64,000 nucleotides of DNA. It comes from Octopus vulgaris. Its lineage: Eukaryota. Position numbers and translations under genes: made by a program. The notes below the pieces were generated by a model. That model was not told where the DNA came from and searched no databases. It saw only the letters and a list, made by a program, of their open reading frames with translations. The stretch's first letter is position 1, and each line of letters begins with the position of its first letter. Of the stretch, positions 51,001 to 60,019 are shown piece by piece. The stretch covers positions 6,944,001-7,008,000 of the forward strand of contig OX597832.1 of assembly GCA_951406725.2 (NCBI GenBank), given 5' to 3'.

Positions 51001-53594
51001 TGCAGGACCTGTATAGTGCCACTGTACAAGGGGAAAGGGGATAAATGTGAGTGTGGAAATTTTAGGGGTATAAGTCTGTTATGTGTGGTTGATAAACTGT
51101 ATGGGAGAATTCTGATTGTAAGGGTGAAGAACCAGACAGAGAATGTACTAAGGGAGGAACAATGCAGTTTTAGGAGTGGAAAGGGGTGTGCAGATCAGAT
51201 ATTTGTAGTAAGGCAGATGTGTGAGAAGTTTTTGGCAAAAGGGAGTGATGTATATTAGACTTTTATGGACCTAGAGAAGGCATGTGTCCGTGTGGATAGG
51301 GATGCAATGTGGCAGGTATTGCAGTTGCATGGAGTAGAGGGTAGATTGTTGAGAGTTGTACACAGTTTCTATAGAGAAAGTAGGGCATGCGTTAGGGTAG
51401 GTGGTGAATTAAGTGAGTGGGTTGATGTGAAGGTGGGGTTAAGACAGGGTTGTGTGATGTCTCTGTGACTGTTTAATCTATAATGGTGTGGTGAGAGAGG
51501 TGAATGCTAAAACCTTTGGCAGGGGAGCGCAAATGGTAGGAAAAAATGGAGAGAAATGATAGGTGAGTCAGTTGTTGTTTGCTGATGATACAACATTGGT
51601 GGTGGATTCAGAAGAGCAACTGAGGAAGCTGGTGGTAGAGTTTGGAAGAGTGTGTGAGAAAAGGAAACTGAAAGTGAATGTAGCTATGAGTAAGGTGATG
51701 AGATGTTCAAGAGATGGAATTGCTGGTAGGATGGATGTGAGTATAAATAGTGAGATGTTAGAGGAGGAGAGTGTTTTTATGTATCTGGGATCTCATGTGA
51801 CAGCAGATGGGGGGGGCTGAGGAGGTGGGATATAGAGTGATGGAGGTGAGTAAGATACTTGGAGTTGAGAAAGATATGCTGAAAGATAAAGGTTGAGTAT
51901 GAAAGTGAAAAGAGGTGTGTACGAGGGTGTGATTGTGTTGACATATGATGCAGAGACATGTGATCAGAAAAAGGTGGAAAAGAGGTGACTAGATGTGTAT
52001 GAGATGAGATGTTTGAGGGCTATGATTGGTATGGCACGAATGGACAGGATGAAGAATAAGGAGGTACAAAGGCAAGCAGGAATGAGAGAAAATCTATGTA
52101 TCAGAATGGATAGATGAATGTTGAGGTGGTTTGACCACATGGAGAGGATGGATGAGGAGAGGATGGTAAGGAGGATGATGAAGACAGAAGTGGTAGGCAG
52201 CAGAACCAGAGGAAGACCTTGGTTTGTGTGGATGGATGAAGTGAGGAAAGATTTGGTGGTTAGAGGTGTTGCAGTGAGAGAAGCAAGAGAGTTTATAAAT
52301 CATAGGGAAGCTTGGAGAGTGTTTGTGGGACAGATGAATGAATTGATGTTGCCCAAAGGGGTACGGAACCAGCATGATGTGGTGGGGGTAAATCAGCATA
52401 TGCTGTTGGGCCCTGCTGTTGATATCAGGGATTTGCTTTCAATGCCTTGACCTGAGCATAGGACGAGGCTCACCTCATTGAGCTGGGAAATGAATGGAAT
52501 GCTTGGTGTGTGTCTTGTTGTGCATTCCATTCATTTCCCAGCTCAATGAGGTGAGCCTCGTCCTATGCTCAGGTCAAGGCATTGAAAGCAAATCCCTGAT
52601 ATCAACAGCAGGGCCCAACAGCATATGCTGATTTACCCCCACCGCATCATGCTGGTTCCGTACCCCTTTGGGCAACATCAATTCATTCATCTGTCCCACA
52701 AACACTCTCCAAGCTTCCCTATGATTTATAAACTCTCTTGCTTCTCTCACTGCAACACTTCATCCATCCACACAAACCAAGGTCTTCCTCTGGTTCTGCT
52801 GCCTACCACTTCTGTCTTCATCATCCTCCTTACCATCCTCTCCATGTGGTCAAACCACCTCAACATTCATCTATCCATTCTGATACATAGATTTTCTCTC
52901 ATTCCTGCTTGCCTTTGTACCTCCTTATTCTTCATCCTGTCCATTCGTGCCATACCAATCATAGCCCTCAAACATCTCATACAGGTAAATAATAAAGTAT
53001 ATATATATATATACACACGCACACACACTCATACAGATTCATATGTGTGTTTCTGTGTACATATATACATGCACACAGAGGAAGAAAATGAGGAGTAGCT
53101 GCAACCAAACTGAAAATAATGTCACAAATGGAAAGATTTCATAGAAATTACTGTAATGATTGCAAAATAAAGAATTAAACTTACTTCTTTTTTTCTAGTC
53201 CGATAACCTCTGAATAGGGTTTGGATCTTAACAGCACTTTCATTTTGTATTCTCAGTTCCTAAATCAAAAGATGAAAATGTTTCAACTTGAAGAAAACCT
53301 CCAAAACATACATAGAAAGATACAAAAAATTTCCACCAAACACGTATAAAAGTATGGATCATCATCATTTTAATGCCCGCTTTTCCTTGCATGAATTGGA
53401 CAGATTTTCTATGGCCTGATGCCCTTCCTGTCACTAGCCATCTTCTGTTTCCAAACAAGAAACTATTTCTACGTGGACAGCCATATTTCTGCAGAACATT
53501 GGGAATGAAAGACATTGTGTGTATGACAGTGACAACCATTTTACAACTGTCTGCAATATCAAGACAGGAAAGCACAAACACACACACTCACCCA

Positions 53595-53667
<73 letters not shown>

Positions 53668-53950
53668 GTGGAGGCGCAATGGCCCAGTGGTTAGGGCAGC
53701 GGACTCGCAGTCGTAGGATCGCGGTTTCGATTCCCAGACCCGGCGTTGTGAGTGTTTATTGAGCGAAAACACCTAAAAGCTCCACGAGGCTCCGGCAGGG
53801 GGTGGTGATCCCTACTGTACTCTTTCACCACTCTTTCTTCTGTTGGCCTGCTTGCTTAGCCAGCGGGGTGGCGTCATTCGAAGGCTAGAATAATGCGAAC
53901 GCATTGTGACCAGCGATGTGTAACTACATCTGATGGACTGGTCAGTCATG

Positions 53951-53995
<45 letters not shown>

Positions 53996-54533
53996 TACAT
54001 ATACGACAGAAAATCCTCTTGCAAGGTATTGTTTGACCTAGGACTATAGCAGAAGACATTGCCCAAGATGCCATTCGCTGGGGCTGAAGGGGACCCATAT
54101 GTTTGGGAAGCAAGTTAATTTAGGGTTTGTATTTAAGCAAAAATTGTTCAAGGTCAATCTGAAATGAAATAGAAATTTTCTAGAAACTTTTCGGATCTAC
54201 CAGTTACATTGAACTTTTAAGAGAGTTTGATAAAATTATAGCAGCTGGTCATAAAACAGGAAGGTGCACAGGTCATCTTTCTTAGAGTTAAGCAAAGTTT
54301 GCAGTCTGATATTAATAAACTTTTCTTGGTTCTTCAGTTTCCACTGAACAATATGGAGGCTGTCCCTTTTAACAGATAAGAGCTATGCATTTTTGAATAA
54401 AACATAAGATGTGAAAATAATTAGTAACTTTGGCAGTTGCAAAAGGACAGTGTCTAGTATTAAACTTCAACCAACTTACTTCTCGCTTCATACGTTCTTC
54501 TTGTGCTCTTCTAATTAGATCTTCTTTACACTC
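2724..54533 (-). CDS. UBE3C: Ubiquitin-protein ligase E3C (HECT E3), 23 coding exons in window, 5'-incomplete (exon 1 presumed outside window)
   Basis: Manually spliced exons, all GT-AG and phase-compatible, total 3210 nt = 1069 aa + TAA. IQ motif ([12 protein letters not shown]), RDTRRQFCP motif, HECT motifs ([42 protein letters not shown]) and GFELS C-terminus are typical of UBE3C/UBE3B; the N-terminal exons resemble UBE3C. Confidence 0.93.
3226..3530. mobile_element. Fold-back Penelope-like terminal remnant: 106-bp inverted arms (3226-3331 / 3351-3456) plus a one-sided tail, within (TA)n
   Basis: Near-perfect inverted repeat with a hammerhead motif in each arm. Confidence 0.7.
3385..3422 (+). 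ncRNA. Minimal type I hammerhead ribozyme motif, U4C core (mirror copy on - strand at 3260-3297)
   Basis: ctgt-CCGACGA-acg ggaa cgt-GAAA-ctc a gag-TT-acag; stems I, II and III all pair. Confidence 0.7.
3674..3759 (+). ncRNA. Type I hammerhead ribozyme motif with long stem II
   Basis: gtgg-CTGAAGA-[ttgct..catttta..taaaatg..agcat]-GAAA-taattg-TA-ctac. Confidence 0.65.
4334..5065 (-). mobile_element. Degenerate RTE LINE 3' fragment
   Basis: ORF 4789..5043 is homologous to the RTE at 11188-12081; (GAT)n tail. Confidence 0.85.
5522..5652 (-). CDS. UBE3C: UBE3C exon 23: [44 protein letters not shown]
   Basis: ttgcag/gttagt splice sites, 131 nt, HECT C-lobe. Confidence 0.95.
6093..6311. mobile_element. 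Second, older fold-back hammerhead element related to 3226-3530 (HHR motifs 6125-6162 on -, 6175-6212 on +)
   Basis: Inverted arms 6093-6243; CTGATGA..GAAActc..gTAacag; tail (tggtatttgagtac...) homologous to the 3457-3530 tail. Confidence 0.65.
6335..6686 (-). mobile_element. CR1-like LINE 3' end fragment
   Basis: ORF 6494..6718 contains [15 protein letters not shown], the CR1/L2 ORF2 C-terminal motif; (TTA)n tail. Confidence 0.75.
6689..7570 (+). mobile_element. Tc1-like DNA transposon, 3'-truncated pseudo-transposase
   Basis: TA then cacaggggttggacaaaataatggaaac left end; from ATG 6880 [14 protein letters not shown]..., [17 protein letters not shown], with stops and frameshifts. Confidence 0.85.
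7628..7762 (-). mobile_element. (TA)n-embedded repeat terminus; longer copy at 59320-59702
   Basis: Shared aaatacaaaatgggacaagaacgcaaaacat...gggtcatt...ctgattaatcttga; both copies bounded by (TA)n. Confidence 0.7.
8169..8325 (-). CDS. UBE3C: UBE3C exon 22: [52 protein letters not shown]
   Basis: tttag/gttagt splice sites, 157 nt. Confidence 0.95.
8426..8524 (-). CDS. UBE3C: UBE3C exon 21: [33 protein letters not shown]
   Basis: gtttag/gtctgt splice sites, 99 nt; 100-nt intron to the next exon. Confidence 0.95.
8772..9629 (+). mobile_element. (TA)n-associated repeat with duplicated 3' end (8772-8836 matches 9569-9629), possibly Penelope-like
   Basis: Direct repeat tttctcattgtgttcaacg..gatgtcctgtacccatatatgcatgtata; HHR-like motifs at 9417-9514. 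Confidence 0.5.
9740..9900. repeat. Minisatellite: (TA)n-ttatttatgctat unit of ~27 bp, 5 copies
   Basis: Direct reading; explains the repetitive ORFs at 9465-9967. Confidence 0.9.
10009..10099 (-). CDS. UBE3C: UBE3C exon 20: (R)[30 protein letters not shown]
   Basis: cacag/gtattg splice sites, 91 nt. Confidence 0.93.
10206..10565. mobile_element. Fold-back Penelope-like remnant: ~145-bp arms (10267-10411 / 10421-10565) plus a one-sided tail
   Basis: Inverted repeat with 9-nt loop; (TA)n on both sides; HHR variant in each arm. Confidence 0.7.
10348..10395 (-). ncRNA. Minimal hammerhead variant with G3:C8 core (mirror copy on + at 10437-10484)
   Basis: ttgtca-GTGAACA-g-gtcgc ggatttta gcgac-GAAA-atat-TT-tgacaa. 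Confidence 0.65.
10581..13560 (-). mobile_element. RTE-clade LINE, 5'-truncated and young, with one frameshift near 12200
   Basis: ORFs 12195..13466 and 11188..12081 ([34 protein letters not shown] at 12130-12141, RLRWYGHV); 3' UTR 10581-11187 with ~62-bp tandem units and (GAT)n tail. Confidence 0.95.
13585..13940 (-). mobile_element. RTE-3'-end repeat (3' UTR fragment or RTE-tailed SINE); similar copies near 26390-26773(+), 38997-39435(-), 42551-42710(-), 43700-44000(+), 44630-44810(+), 46320-46545(-), 57438-57592(+), 60085-60255(-), 62288-62463(+)
   Basis: Shared catcatc-tttaacgtccgctttccatgctagcatgggttggac...ggatgcccttcctaacgccaaccactcc. Confidence 0.8.
13990..14092. repeat. 50-bp-arm hairpin in a (TA)n island, with a one-sided tail to ~14190
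   Basis: aactataaataagggtatctgagagacacc...ggtgtctctcagatacccttatttatagtt; 3-nt loop. Confidence 0.9.
16529..16653 (-). CDS. UBE3C: UBE3C exon 19: [41 protein letters not shown](R)
   Basis: ttctag/gtaagt splice sites, 125 nt. Confidence 0.95.
17757..18001 (-). CDS. UBE3C: UBE3C exon 18: (E)[31 protein letters not shown]...[10 protein letters not shown]
   Basis: atcag/gtaagg splice sites, 245 nt; overlaps ORF 17676..17993; start of HECT N-lobe. Confidence 0.96.
18191..18585 (+). mobile_element. 5'-truncated RTE (BovB-like) LINE with 12-bp TSD; related fragment at 61303-61445
   Basis: [40 protein letters not shown]; (AAG)n tail; TSD acattcataaca at 18179-18190 and 18586-18597. Confidence 0.9.
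18969..19110 (-). CDS. UBE3C: UBE3C exon 17: [47 protein letters not shown]
   Basis: attag/gtagtt splice sites, 142 nt; [10 protein letters not shown] motif. Confidence 0.93.
21087..21184 (-). CDS. UBE3C: UBE3C exon 16: (G)[32 protein letters not shown]
   Basis: tgcag/gtatgt splice sites, 98 nt; LTELPFVV motif. Confidence 0.92.
21404..21648 (+). repeat. 245-nt pure purine tract (GAA)n-(GAAAAA)n-(GAA)n
   Basis: Direct reading; source of the poly-E/K/R ORF 21375..21686. Confidence 0.95.
21970..22356 (-). mobile_element. Full-length tRNA-derived SINE with 10-bp TSD; related head at 53670-53830 (+)
   Basis: Head ggaggcgcaatggcccagtagttagggcagc..gtttcgatt (A/B-box-like); TSD catagagtat at 21960-21969 and 22357-22366. 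Confidence 0.85.
22477..22546 (-). CDS. UBE3C: UBE3C exon 15: [23 protein letters not shown](G)
   Basis: ttacag/gtaagt splice sites, 70 nt; supplies the phase 0 to 1 shift needed between its neighbours; peptide poorly conserved. Confidence 0.75.
24153..24377 (+). mobile_element. Young tRNA-derived SINE nested in an antisense older relative
   Basis: Near-identical to 31229-31460; host SINE halves at ~24080-24155 and ~24378-24512. Confidence 0.8.
24557..24661 (-). CDS. UBE3C: UBE3C exon 14: [35 protein letters not shown]
   Basis: ttcag/gtaaac splice sites, 105 nt; RDTRRxFCP..HW motif. Confidence 0.94.
26913..27148 (-). CDS. UBE3C: UBE3C exon 13: (G)[41 protein letters not shown]...LWRHLFK
   Basis: ttcag/gtaaga splice sites, 236 nt; overlaps ORF 26778..27110. 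Confidence 0.94.
28196..28835. mobile_element. Mariner-like MITE (TIR ~gggtgctgaaaagttcctggcttt) with nested inserts; other copies 61687-62010 and 63358-63575
   Basis: Inverted ends gctgaaaagttcctg / ccaggaacttttcagc; shared internal gaataaaatcataattaactg. Confidence 0.65.
29231..29385 (-). CDS. UBE3C: UBE3C exon 12: [51 protein letters not shown]
   Basis: ttcag/gtaata splice sites, 155 nt; HDxEF motif. Confidence 0.93.
29718..30275 (+). mobile_element. (TAA)n-tailed repeat; second copy ~42985-43450
   Basis: Two homologous ~500-bp copies ending ctctctcactc(aat)n. Confidence 0.7.
30267..31150 (-). mobile_element. Head-to-tail array of three tRNA-SINE copies separated by (TAA)n; similar array at 42165-42980
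   Basis: Repeated aataatcctttctac..ggcacaaggcctgaaattttgggggagggg..cgaaaggatgaaaggcaaagtcgacctc..gaatttgaactcag..ctgccagctcgccgcc. Confidence 0.8.
31229..31460 (+). mobile_element. Young tRNA-derived SINE with 14-bp TSD, nested in an antisense older copy
   Basis: TSD ggtattcattctat at 31215-31228 and 31461-31474. Confidence 0.88.
32327..32413 (-). CDS. UBE3C: UBE3C exon 11: (R)[28 protein letters not shown](G)
   Basis: ttcag/gtaagt splice sites, 87 nt; RLLYxLAFN motif. Confidence 0.92.
35429..35613 (-). CDS. UBE3C: UBE3C exon 10: [61 protein letters not shown]
   Basis: ctcag/gtaact splice sites, 185 nt. Confidence 0.9.
36979..37127 (-). CDS. UBE3C: UBE3C exon 9: [49 protein letters not shown]
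   Basis: ttcag/gtgagt splice sites, 149 nt; acidic linker. Confidence 0.9.
37247..37518 (-). CDS. UBE3C: UBE3C exon 8: [40 protein letters not shown]...[15 protein letters not shown]
   Basis: tacag/gtaagt splice sites, 272 nt; overlaps ORF 37155..37499. Confidence 0.92.
39596..39749 (-). CDS. UBE3C: UBE3C exon 7: [51 protein letters not shown]
   Basis: ttcag/gtatgt splice sites, 154 nt. Confidence 0.9.
39984..40202. mobile_element. piggyBac MITE family B (TIR ccctttcgttac); second copy 56526-56745
   Basis: TTAA-type flanks; TIRs match the piggyBac element at 49880-50915. Confidence 0.85.
40293..41553 (+). mobile_element. Mariner transposon, full length, inactivated
   Basis: ~30-bp TIRs (ccatcccataaataatgtggtttt / aaaactgcattatttatggtatga); [19 protein letters not shown] and [16 protein letters not shown] motifs, with stops. 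Confidence 0.92.
41964..42121 (-). CDS. UBE3C: UBE3C exon 6: [52 protein letters not shown]
   Basis: ttcag/gtttgt splice sites, 158 nt; [10 protein letters not shown] motif. Confidence 0.92.
45105..45217 (-). CDS. UBE3C: UBE3C exon 5: [37 protein letters not shown]
   Basis: tgtag/gtaagt splice sites, 113 nt. Confidence 0.88.
45803..46202 (-). mobile_element. tRNA-derived SINE with internal (TA)/(CA) tract; copies at 15775-16185, 20630-21030, 23750-23953, 25051-25456, 48879-49320 (all -) and 22645-22935, 33835-34092 (+)
   Basis: Head ggcgtaggagtggctgtgtggtaag..ggttcagtccc (A/B boxes); tail gactgaaacaagtaaaagagtaaa; high mutual identity. Confidence 0.88.
47523..47660 (-). CDS. UBE3C: UBE3C exon 4: [46 protein letters not shown]
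   Basis: ttcag/gtgagt splice sites, 138 nt; QLLFFY..D.xRL motif. Confidence 0.92.
48050..48167. mobile_element. hAT-type MITE remnant
   Basis: cagtgtttctcaacc..aaaccactg ends; 8-bp TSD gtttaaat at 48042-48049 and 48168-48175. Confidence 0.75.
49880..50915 (-). mobile_element. piggyBac deletion derivative retaining the N-terminal transposase ORF (50208-50636)
   Basis: TTAA TSDs; TIR ccctttcgttac / gtaacgaaaggg; duplicated subterminal ttcgggcggctttgggcggtttggt; acidic N-terminus then [22 protein letters not shown]. Confidence 0.9.
50960..52502 (+). mobile_element. Degenerate RTE LINE, 5'-truncated
   Basis: [49 protein letters not shown]; several stops. Confidence 0.92.
52004..52980. repeat. 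Long fold-back inverted duplication of the LINE 3' end (arms 52004-52502 / 52522-52980)
   Basis: Right arm is the reverse complement of the left except for 25- and 15-nt deletions and rare substitutions; 19-nt loop. Confidence 0.95.
53185..53259 (-). CDS. UBE3C: UBE3C exon 3 (IQ motif): [25 protein letters not shown]
   Basis: tttag/gtaagt splice sites, 75 nt; IQxxxRGYxxRK calmodulin-binding motif. Confidence 0.93.
54480..54533 (-). CDS. UBE3C: UBE3C exon 2: [18 protein letters not shown]
   Basis: ttcag/gtaagt splice sites, 54 nt; QEERxKRE motif. Confidence 0.9.
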
Positions 54534-55899
54534 CTGAAACAAAAAGCAATACCTTCATTAAAATTTTAAACCAAAGGAAATCCATGACTTTTTAAAAGTC
54601 CTTCAAACAAAGCTCTAAAGAGTATTTAGAAAACATGAACTGTCAGTTATGCATAAAATCAACATTATTCTTGTCTCTTTAATGCACATATCTGAAATAG
54701 ATAGGGTGACAATGAAACCCTTGTCCATGCACCTTGATCTACATCTCTCATTTTTAAGAGATAATTTTCATAGGTTTGACAACTCTTTCCCATGTCTCAC
54801 TTGATCTGCCTCTACTACAGGTACCTTATATACCTGCAATCATTCACTATGCAAAACATCTCCATAGGAATCTACTATTAAATCCTGAGATAATGGAAAA
54901 AAATGTAAATGTTACCTGAACTACAAAAGGCTTTGTAAGGGCTGGTTCTTAATATGAACTGAAGAAGTAAACGTAATTTTGGGTAGGGCTTTTCATTAAC
55001 ACAGATAACTATCTGAATGGAGACAATGTTGAAGAATTCTATTCAAAAACATGATGAAATTCTTCCAAGAGATTTGAATTCACAACCTATGAGAAGGTAT
55101 CTTAACGTCTAATTAACTTGACCAGCCTGACTGTTACTTTTGAGATGACCTCTAGGTGCAGCTACAGTTTTGAATGATTGAAGGTTTATTTCTCAATAAA
55201 ACAAATCTTATATAGAATCTGATAAACAAAAGCAGTAGAATGTAAGTAACAAAACTTAAATTCATGCAGTATATTTCACAGAAAACTATTGTTAAAAAGA
55301 AAAACAATCCCTTGAACATTTTATATAATCATTTTGGGGGGAAAATAATATGAAATAAACTACTGTTGCAAATCATAATTATTTTCAATTATCTTCTATT
55401 TAAATTGTTTCATTTAGCACCTTAAACAAAATGTGACTTGTATTCAGAAACATTCAAAAGTATTTTTTCTTTATTACTGTTTTGTTTCAAAGAATGAATT
55501 AAATATATTAAAAAAAAGTCTTTTTGTGTATGTGTGTGAACACACAAATGAAAAAGCTAATAAAATGTTATCCAGTGCAATGATTCCAATTAGAAAAAAT
55601 GGTTAAGACAATAGAATGTAAGAGTGGATTAATTAATATGTTTAAACCTTTTCAATAATGTGGTTTCATGAAATATGCCATATGGCATTCCAGTTATGAG
55701 TTTCTAGATGAAAATCAGTTTAAGTTAGCAACTACATTAATTAAGGGGTATTGAAAATTACAGTTAAGATGAGAGAGATAATTTGGATGCAATATGCATC
55801 AAAGGAAAACAGGGCTATAACACAATTTCTTGATTAAATCAAGCATAATACCCTAAAATGATAATCTGTCATAAACATTTAATAACTGAAGATTATAGA

Positions 55900-56260
55900 C
55901 AATTTCACTTCAGCCCGATTTCAAATTTAATACCGCAACTATATCATTTTGATTGTATTGAAGCACAAGTTTTGCAGTATTTTGGTAACTTATTTGCTTT
56001 ATTCATCACGTTACCACAATAGCAGCTTAGCATTCAATGTAGAGGCCATTGTGTTGCACCAACTGAAGCCTTCTTTCTACTAGTTCTTTGAACCCATGCT
56101 GTCCTTTGAGGTGAAGAACTCTTTCACTGAGGTTTCCACCTCCTATTGGTTGATGAAGTGCTGTGAGTCGGAACAAGTAATAATCTGAAGCAGCTATGTC
56201 CAGATTACATGCTGGGGATGACATCAATTCAATTCCCTCAAATTCCTGGAGTTTATTCCA
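55900..56260 (-). mobile_element. Mariner transposase C-terminal relic
   Basis: ORF 56027..56227 PACNLDIAASDYYLF..GFKELVERRLQLVQHNGLY. Confidence 0.7.
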
Positions 56261-56339
56261 GGTCGTTCAAGCGGTAAGGTTTTTATGGTTTTAAGATGTG
56301 GATTGTTAATTGTGGTGACTTGACCTTGTCGTCTCTGTT

Positions 56340-57190
56340 GCAGGTGAGAATGTTAAAGCTGTTGACTGTTTCACTTATCTCAGCAATGAGATTCATAGCG
56401 GCATTAGCTGCAAGTCTGAAGTCCTAAAAAGACTTGGACAAGCTGGTGCAGTTGTGGACTCAGTGGACAAAATTTGTTTGACTCTGCTGATATCTGTGCA
56501 GGAATACAAAGGTTCAGGTCTTTAACCCTTTTGTTACTGTATCTATTTTGAGATGCTCTGTGTTTCTTTCAATTACTTTAAATATGATAAAGAATTTAGT
56601 AAAATAACTTAGTTATCATTAAGCTAATGTTAGGAACATAAATTGTGACTAAGGTTTGGTGGAAGATTTTAATTCAAAACTTATGGAAACAAGACATTTG
56701 TACTCAGAGCCAGAGCCAGTTTCAGCCGGGTTGGTATCGAAAGGGTTAAGTCTCTGATCTTCCCAGTCTTGCTTTATAGATGTGAGACTTGTATGTTGTC
56801 CAGGGCCCTTAGGAGCTGCTTGACCTCCAATGGTACAAGAGTGCTTTGTAGGACTACAGGTTATCTTTCATTGGATTTTATACCTAACAAGCAACTCTAC
56901 TCAGAAACTGTATGAATCAGGAATTGAGTTCAGACTGTTTGGTCATGTTTGATTTTCCAAGTTAGACCCTGCTTACCATGTTCTCTTCACTGAGGATCGG
57001 GCTGGGTTGACAGCTTGTGTTGGTCAACCACATGCCACATGGTCAGAGCAGATGAGGAGGTATCTCATGGAGATGGGGACTAACTGAGACTCTTTTCAAC
57101 AGATCACTCAGGAAGAAATCAGAAAAATACCAACAAATGGTGAATGCAACAACATGCTACAACAGCACATGTCCGCACACCTGACCTGAT
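56340..57190 (+). mobile_element. Old RTE-like LINE fragment split by piggyBac MITE 56526-56745
   Basis: KAVDCFTYL..RNTKVQVF|KSLIFPVLLYRCET reads through once the MITE is removed. Confidence 0.7.
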
Positions 57191-57382
57191 AATAAATGGT
57201 GTAATACTAGAGTAATTCTAGAACTGAGTAATATTTGAGTTTTGGATTTTATTAAGTGATAACAGGTTGTTAGTACTACATTGACCAATGCCTTGGAAGT
57301 TCTTATTTGTTTAATTACTTAAAGATCTGTTTATATTGTGAGTAGCTGGATTGCCTTTTACATATATATTTGTATATATATA

Positions 57383-57425
<43 letters not shown>

Positions 57426-57716
57426 TTATATAATGTGTACACTCTTAGAGTGGTTGGTGTTAGGAAGGGCAACCAGCTGTAGAAACTCTGCCAGATCAAG
57501 ATTGAAGCTTGGTGCAGCTATCTGGTTAGCCAGCCCTCAGTCAAATCGTCCAACCCATGCTAGCATGGGTAGCGGACGTTAAACGATGATGATATATAAT
57601 GTATATATATGTGTGTGTGTATATATGCATATATATGTATATTATATATATAATGTATATATATATATATAATGTGTGTGTATATACATATATATAATGT
57701 GTGTGTATATACATAA

Positions 57717-57749
<33 letters not shown>

Positions 57750-57761
57750 CCAATATATATG

Positions 57762-59272
57762 AAAAGCTGAAGGAAGGGATCATATGTCCTATCCACAAAG
57801 GTGAAAGCAGAGCAGAGGCTGGGAATACAGGCCCATCTATCTGACTTCACATATTAGCAAAGTCTCGGAACAAATTGTCAGAAGGAAGGTGATTGAGTTC
57901 CTAGAAGAAAATGACTTGCTGAATGAGACCCAGCATGGTTTCCGTCCAGTTAGAAGCTGCCTCACGCAGCTCTTGTGGCATTATGACTGGGTCCTGGGGC
58001 AGCTACTTGACCATTCAAATGTTGACGTGATATATCTCGACTTTGCAAAAGCCTTTGACAAAGTTGATCATGGCATGATATGTCACAAACTGCAAAACCT
58101 TGGCAAAGATGGTAAATTAGGAGAGTGGTTGCATGACTTCCTGGATGGTAGAAGTCAGACAGTTGCAGCCAATGGAGAATTATCTAGGGAAACGCAAATA
58201 TTGAGCAGTGTTCCACAAGGAACTGTCCTGGGACCACTACTGTTCATAGTAGCCCTTCTGGACATGCCCCCAGTCACTCAGACAGCCATTGTCACTAGCT
58301 ACGCTGATGACACCAAACTATCTCAGGCAATGAAGAAGCCTGCAGAATGACCAAAATGCAATATATGCAGTTCAATGATAAAAAATTTCAAGTACTGCTC
58401 TACAAGGCCACAAGTGCCCCCCAACTGGCATACACAGGACCTGGAGATACTGCAATCCCAGAACCACAAACAGTGAGAGACCTGGGCATCAGCAAGTGTA
58501 GTGATGCATCATTTCACATGCACATTGTCAAGTTGACAGCAAAGTGCAGACAACTGGCAGGGTGGATACTGAGAACTTTCAGAACAAGGGATCAGATCAA
58601 AAAGTCATGTTGACTCTATGTCAGACATTTGTTTTGAGCCACCTAGACTATTGCTCCCAGTTGTGGTCACCACACAGTGTCAAGTTGACCACAGAACTCA
58701 AGGCAATTCAGCGTCACTATACAAAAAAGATCACCACAGACCAGTAGATGAACTACACGGAGCGACTGAAAGCACTAAAGCTCTACTCCATGGAGCGCAG
58801 GTGGGAGAGATATGTAATAATTTACATATGGAAAATACTGGAAGGACTGGTACCAAACTTTGGCATCAAGTATTACACGAATGCCCGCACAGGTTGCCAC
58901 TGCATAGTACCAAGGGTACTGTCCACTGCATCTCATATAAGAACAAGGTACTGTAACAGCCTCGGTTTCAGAGGACCTCAGCTCTTTAATGCCCTGCCAA
59001 AACAATTGAGAGACCTGCAAGACATGGATATAGAGGTCTTCGAAACAAAACTCGACACTTTCCTATCCATGATACCAGATGAACCAATGGCTCGAAATGA
59101 GACACAGCTGAGGGCAGTGATGTTAAATTCTCTTATACACCAGATGTGCCATCGAAAGTCTTGATTGGACTACATCAGGTGGTGGAGAAGAGCCATGCAA
59201 GGAACGTGTAAAGAGCACAGCATAAGGAGGGAAAGTCATGGTGGTGCTCCAGCACACTTTGCAGAAACACAT
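57762..59272 (+). mobile_element. CR1-like LINE, 5'-truncated and degenerate, between (TA)n tracts
   Basis: QHGFRPVRSCLTQLL, DVIYLDFAKAFDKVDH, VPQGTVLGPLLF, YADDTKL, LDYCSQLWSP, QLFNALP. Confidence 0.92.
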
Positions 59273-59285
59273 AAATATATATATA

Positions 59286-59321
<36 letters not shown>

Positions 59322-59702
59322 AAATACAAAATGGGACAAGAACGCAAAACATCCGGACAACTAGGTGATATAAAAAGGGACAGCAAAATATCCAGATAGA
59401 CAATACAAAAAAACAAGAACGGGTCATTTGAAACTTTCTATCCTCAGTCAAGAAGCAGATGATCCTCGCAACTTCGGCTGATTAATCTTGAGATTGCTCC
59501 AATCTGGCCAGACCTAAGGAAAAACTAAGCTAAGAGCATTAGATTCCTTGGAAGAAAGCATTGAATGTATACGAAAACAAGGACGGAAAAACAGACAATG
59601 TTACACAAATATAAATATAAAATACAATAAAAAGAAAAATAATAATAACAGGACATAACAACAGGTGTCTTTCGACTGGGGACGAATTGAATTCAGCTGG
59701 CG

Positions 59703-59731
<29 letters not shown>

Positions 59732-59735
<4 letters not shown>

Positions 59736-59950
59736 TGCAACAGCTGATGTACTTGCATGCACAAATGCATGTTCCCAAGGCTTTATCAATCACATTCTCA
59801 CCTGGAATTGATATTTGTAATTTTTTCAAAACTTAAACACGCCCTGATACAGTCGGTATCTACATATCAAATTTGAGCGCAATCGGATGGAGGATGCCCG
59901 AGATCCTAGTAGACACACACAGACAGACAGAACGGACTTTATATAATATA
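59732..59950 (+). mobile_element. Possible Helitron/Helentron-type non-autonomous 3' end
   Basis: caaatttgagcgcaatcggatg..(acag)n..gactttatataatat layout resembles DINE/Lep1-like ends (from memory). Confidence 0.35.
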
Positions 59951-59968
59951 TATATTCATATCTATACA

Positions 59969-60019
<51 letters not shown>

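Noticed and set aside
52094-53098. Two ORFs with identical N-termini on opposite strands (MLIYPH...)
   Set aside because: A by-product of the fold-back duplication of LINE antisense sequence, not duplicated genes.
53670-53745. tRNA-like sequence
   Set aside because: It is the head of a SINE (homolog at 21970-22356 with TSD); no complete cloverleaf is evident.
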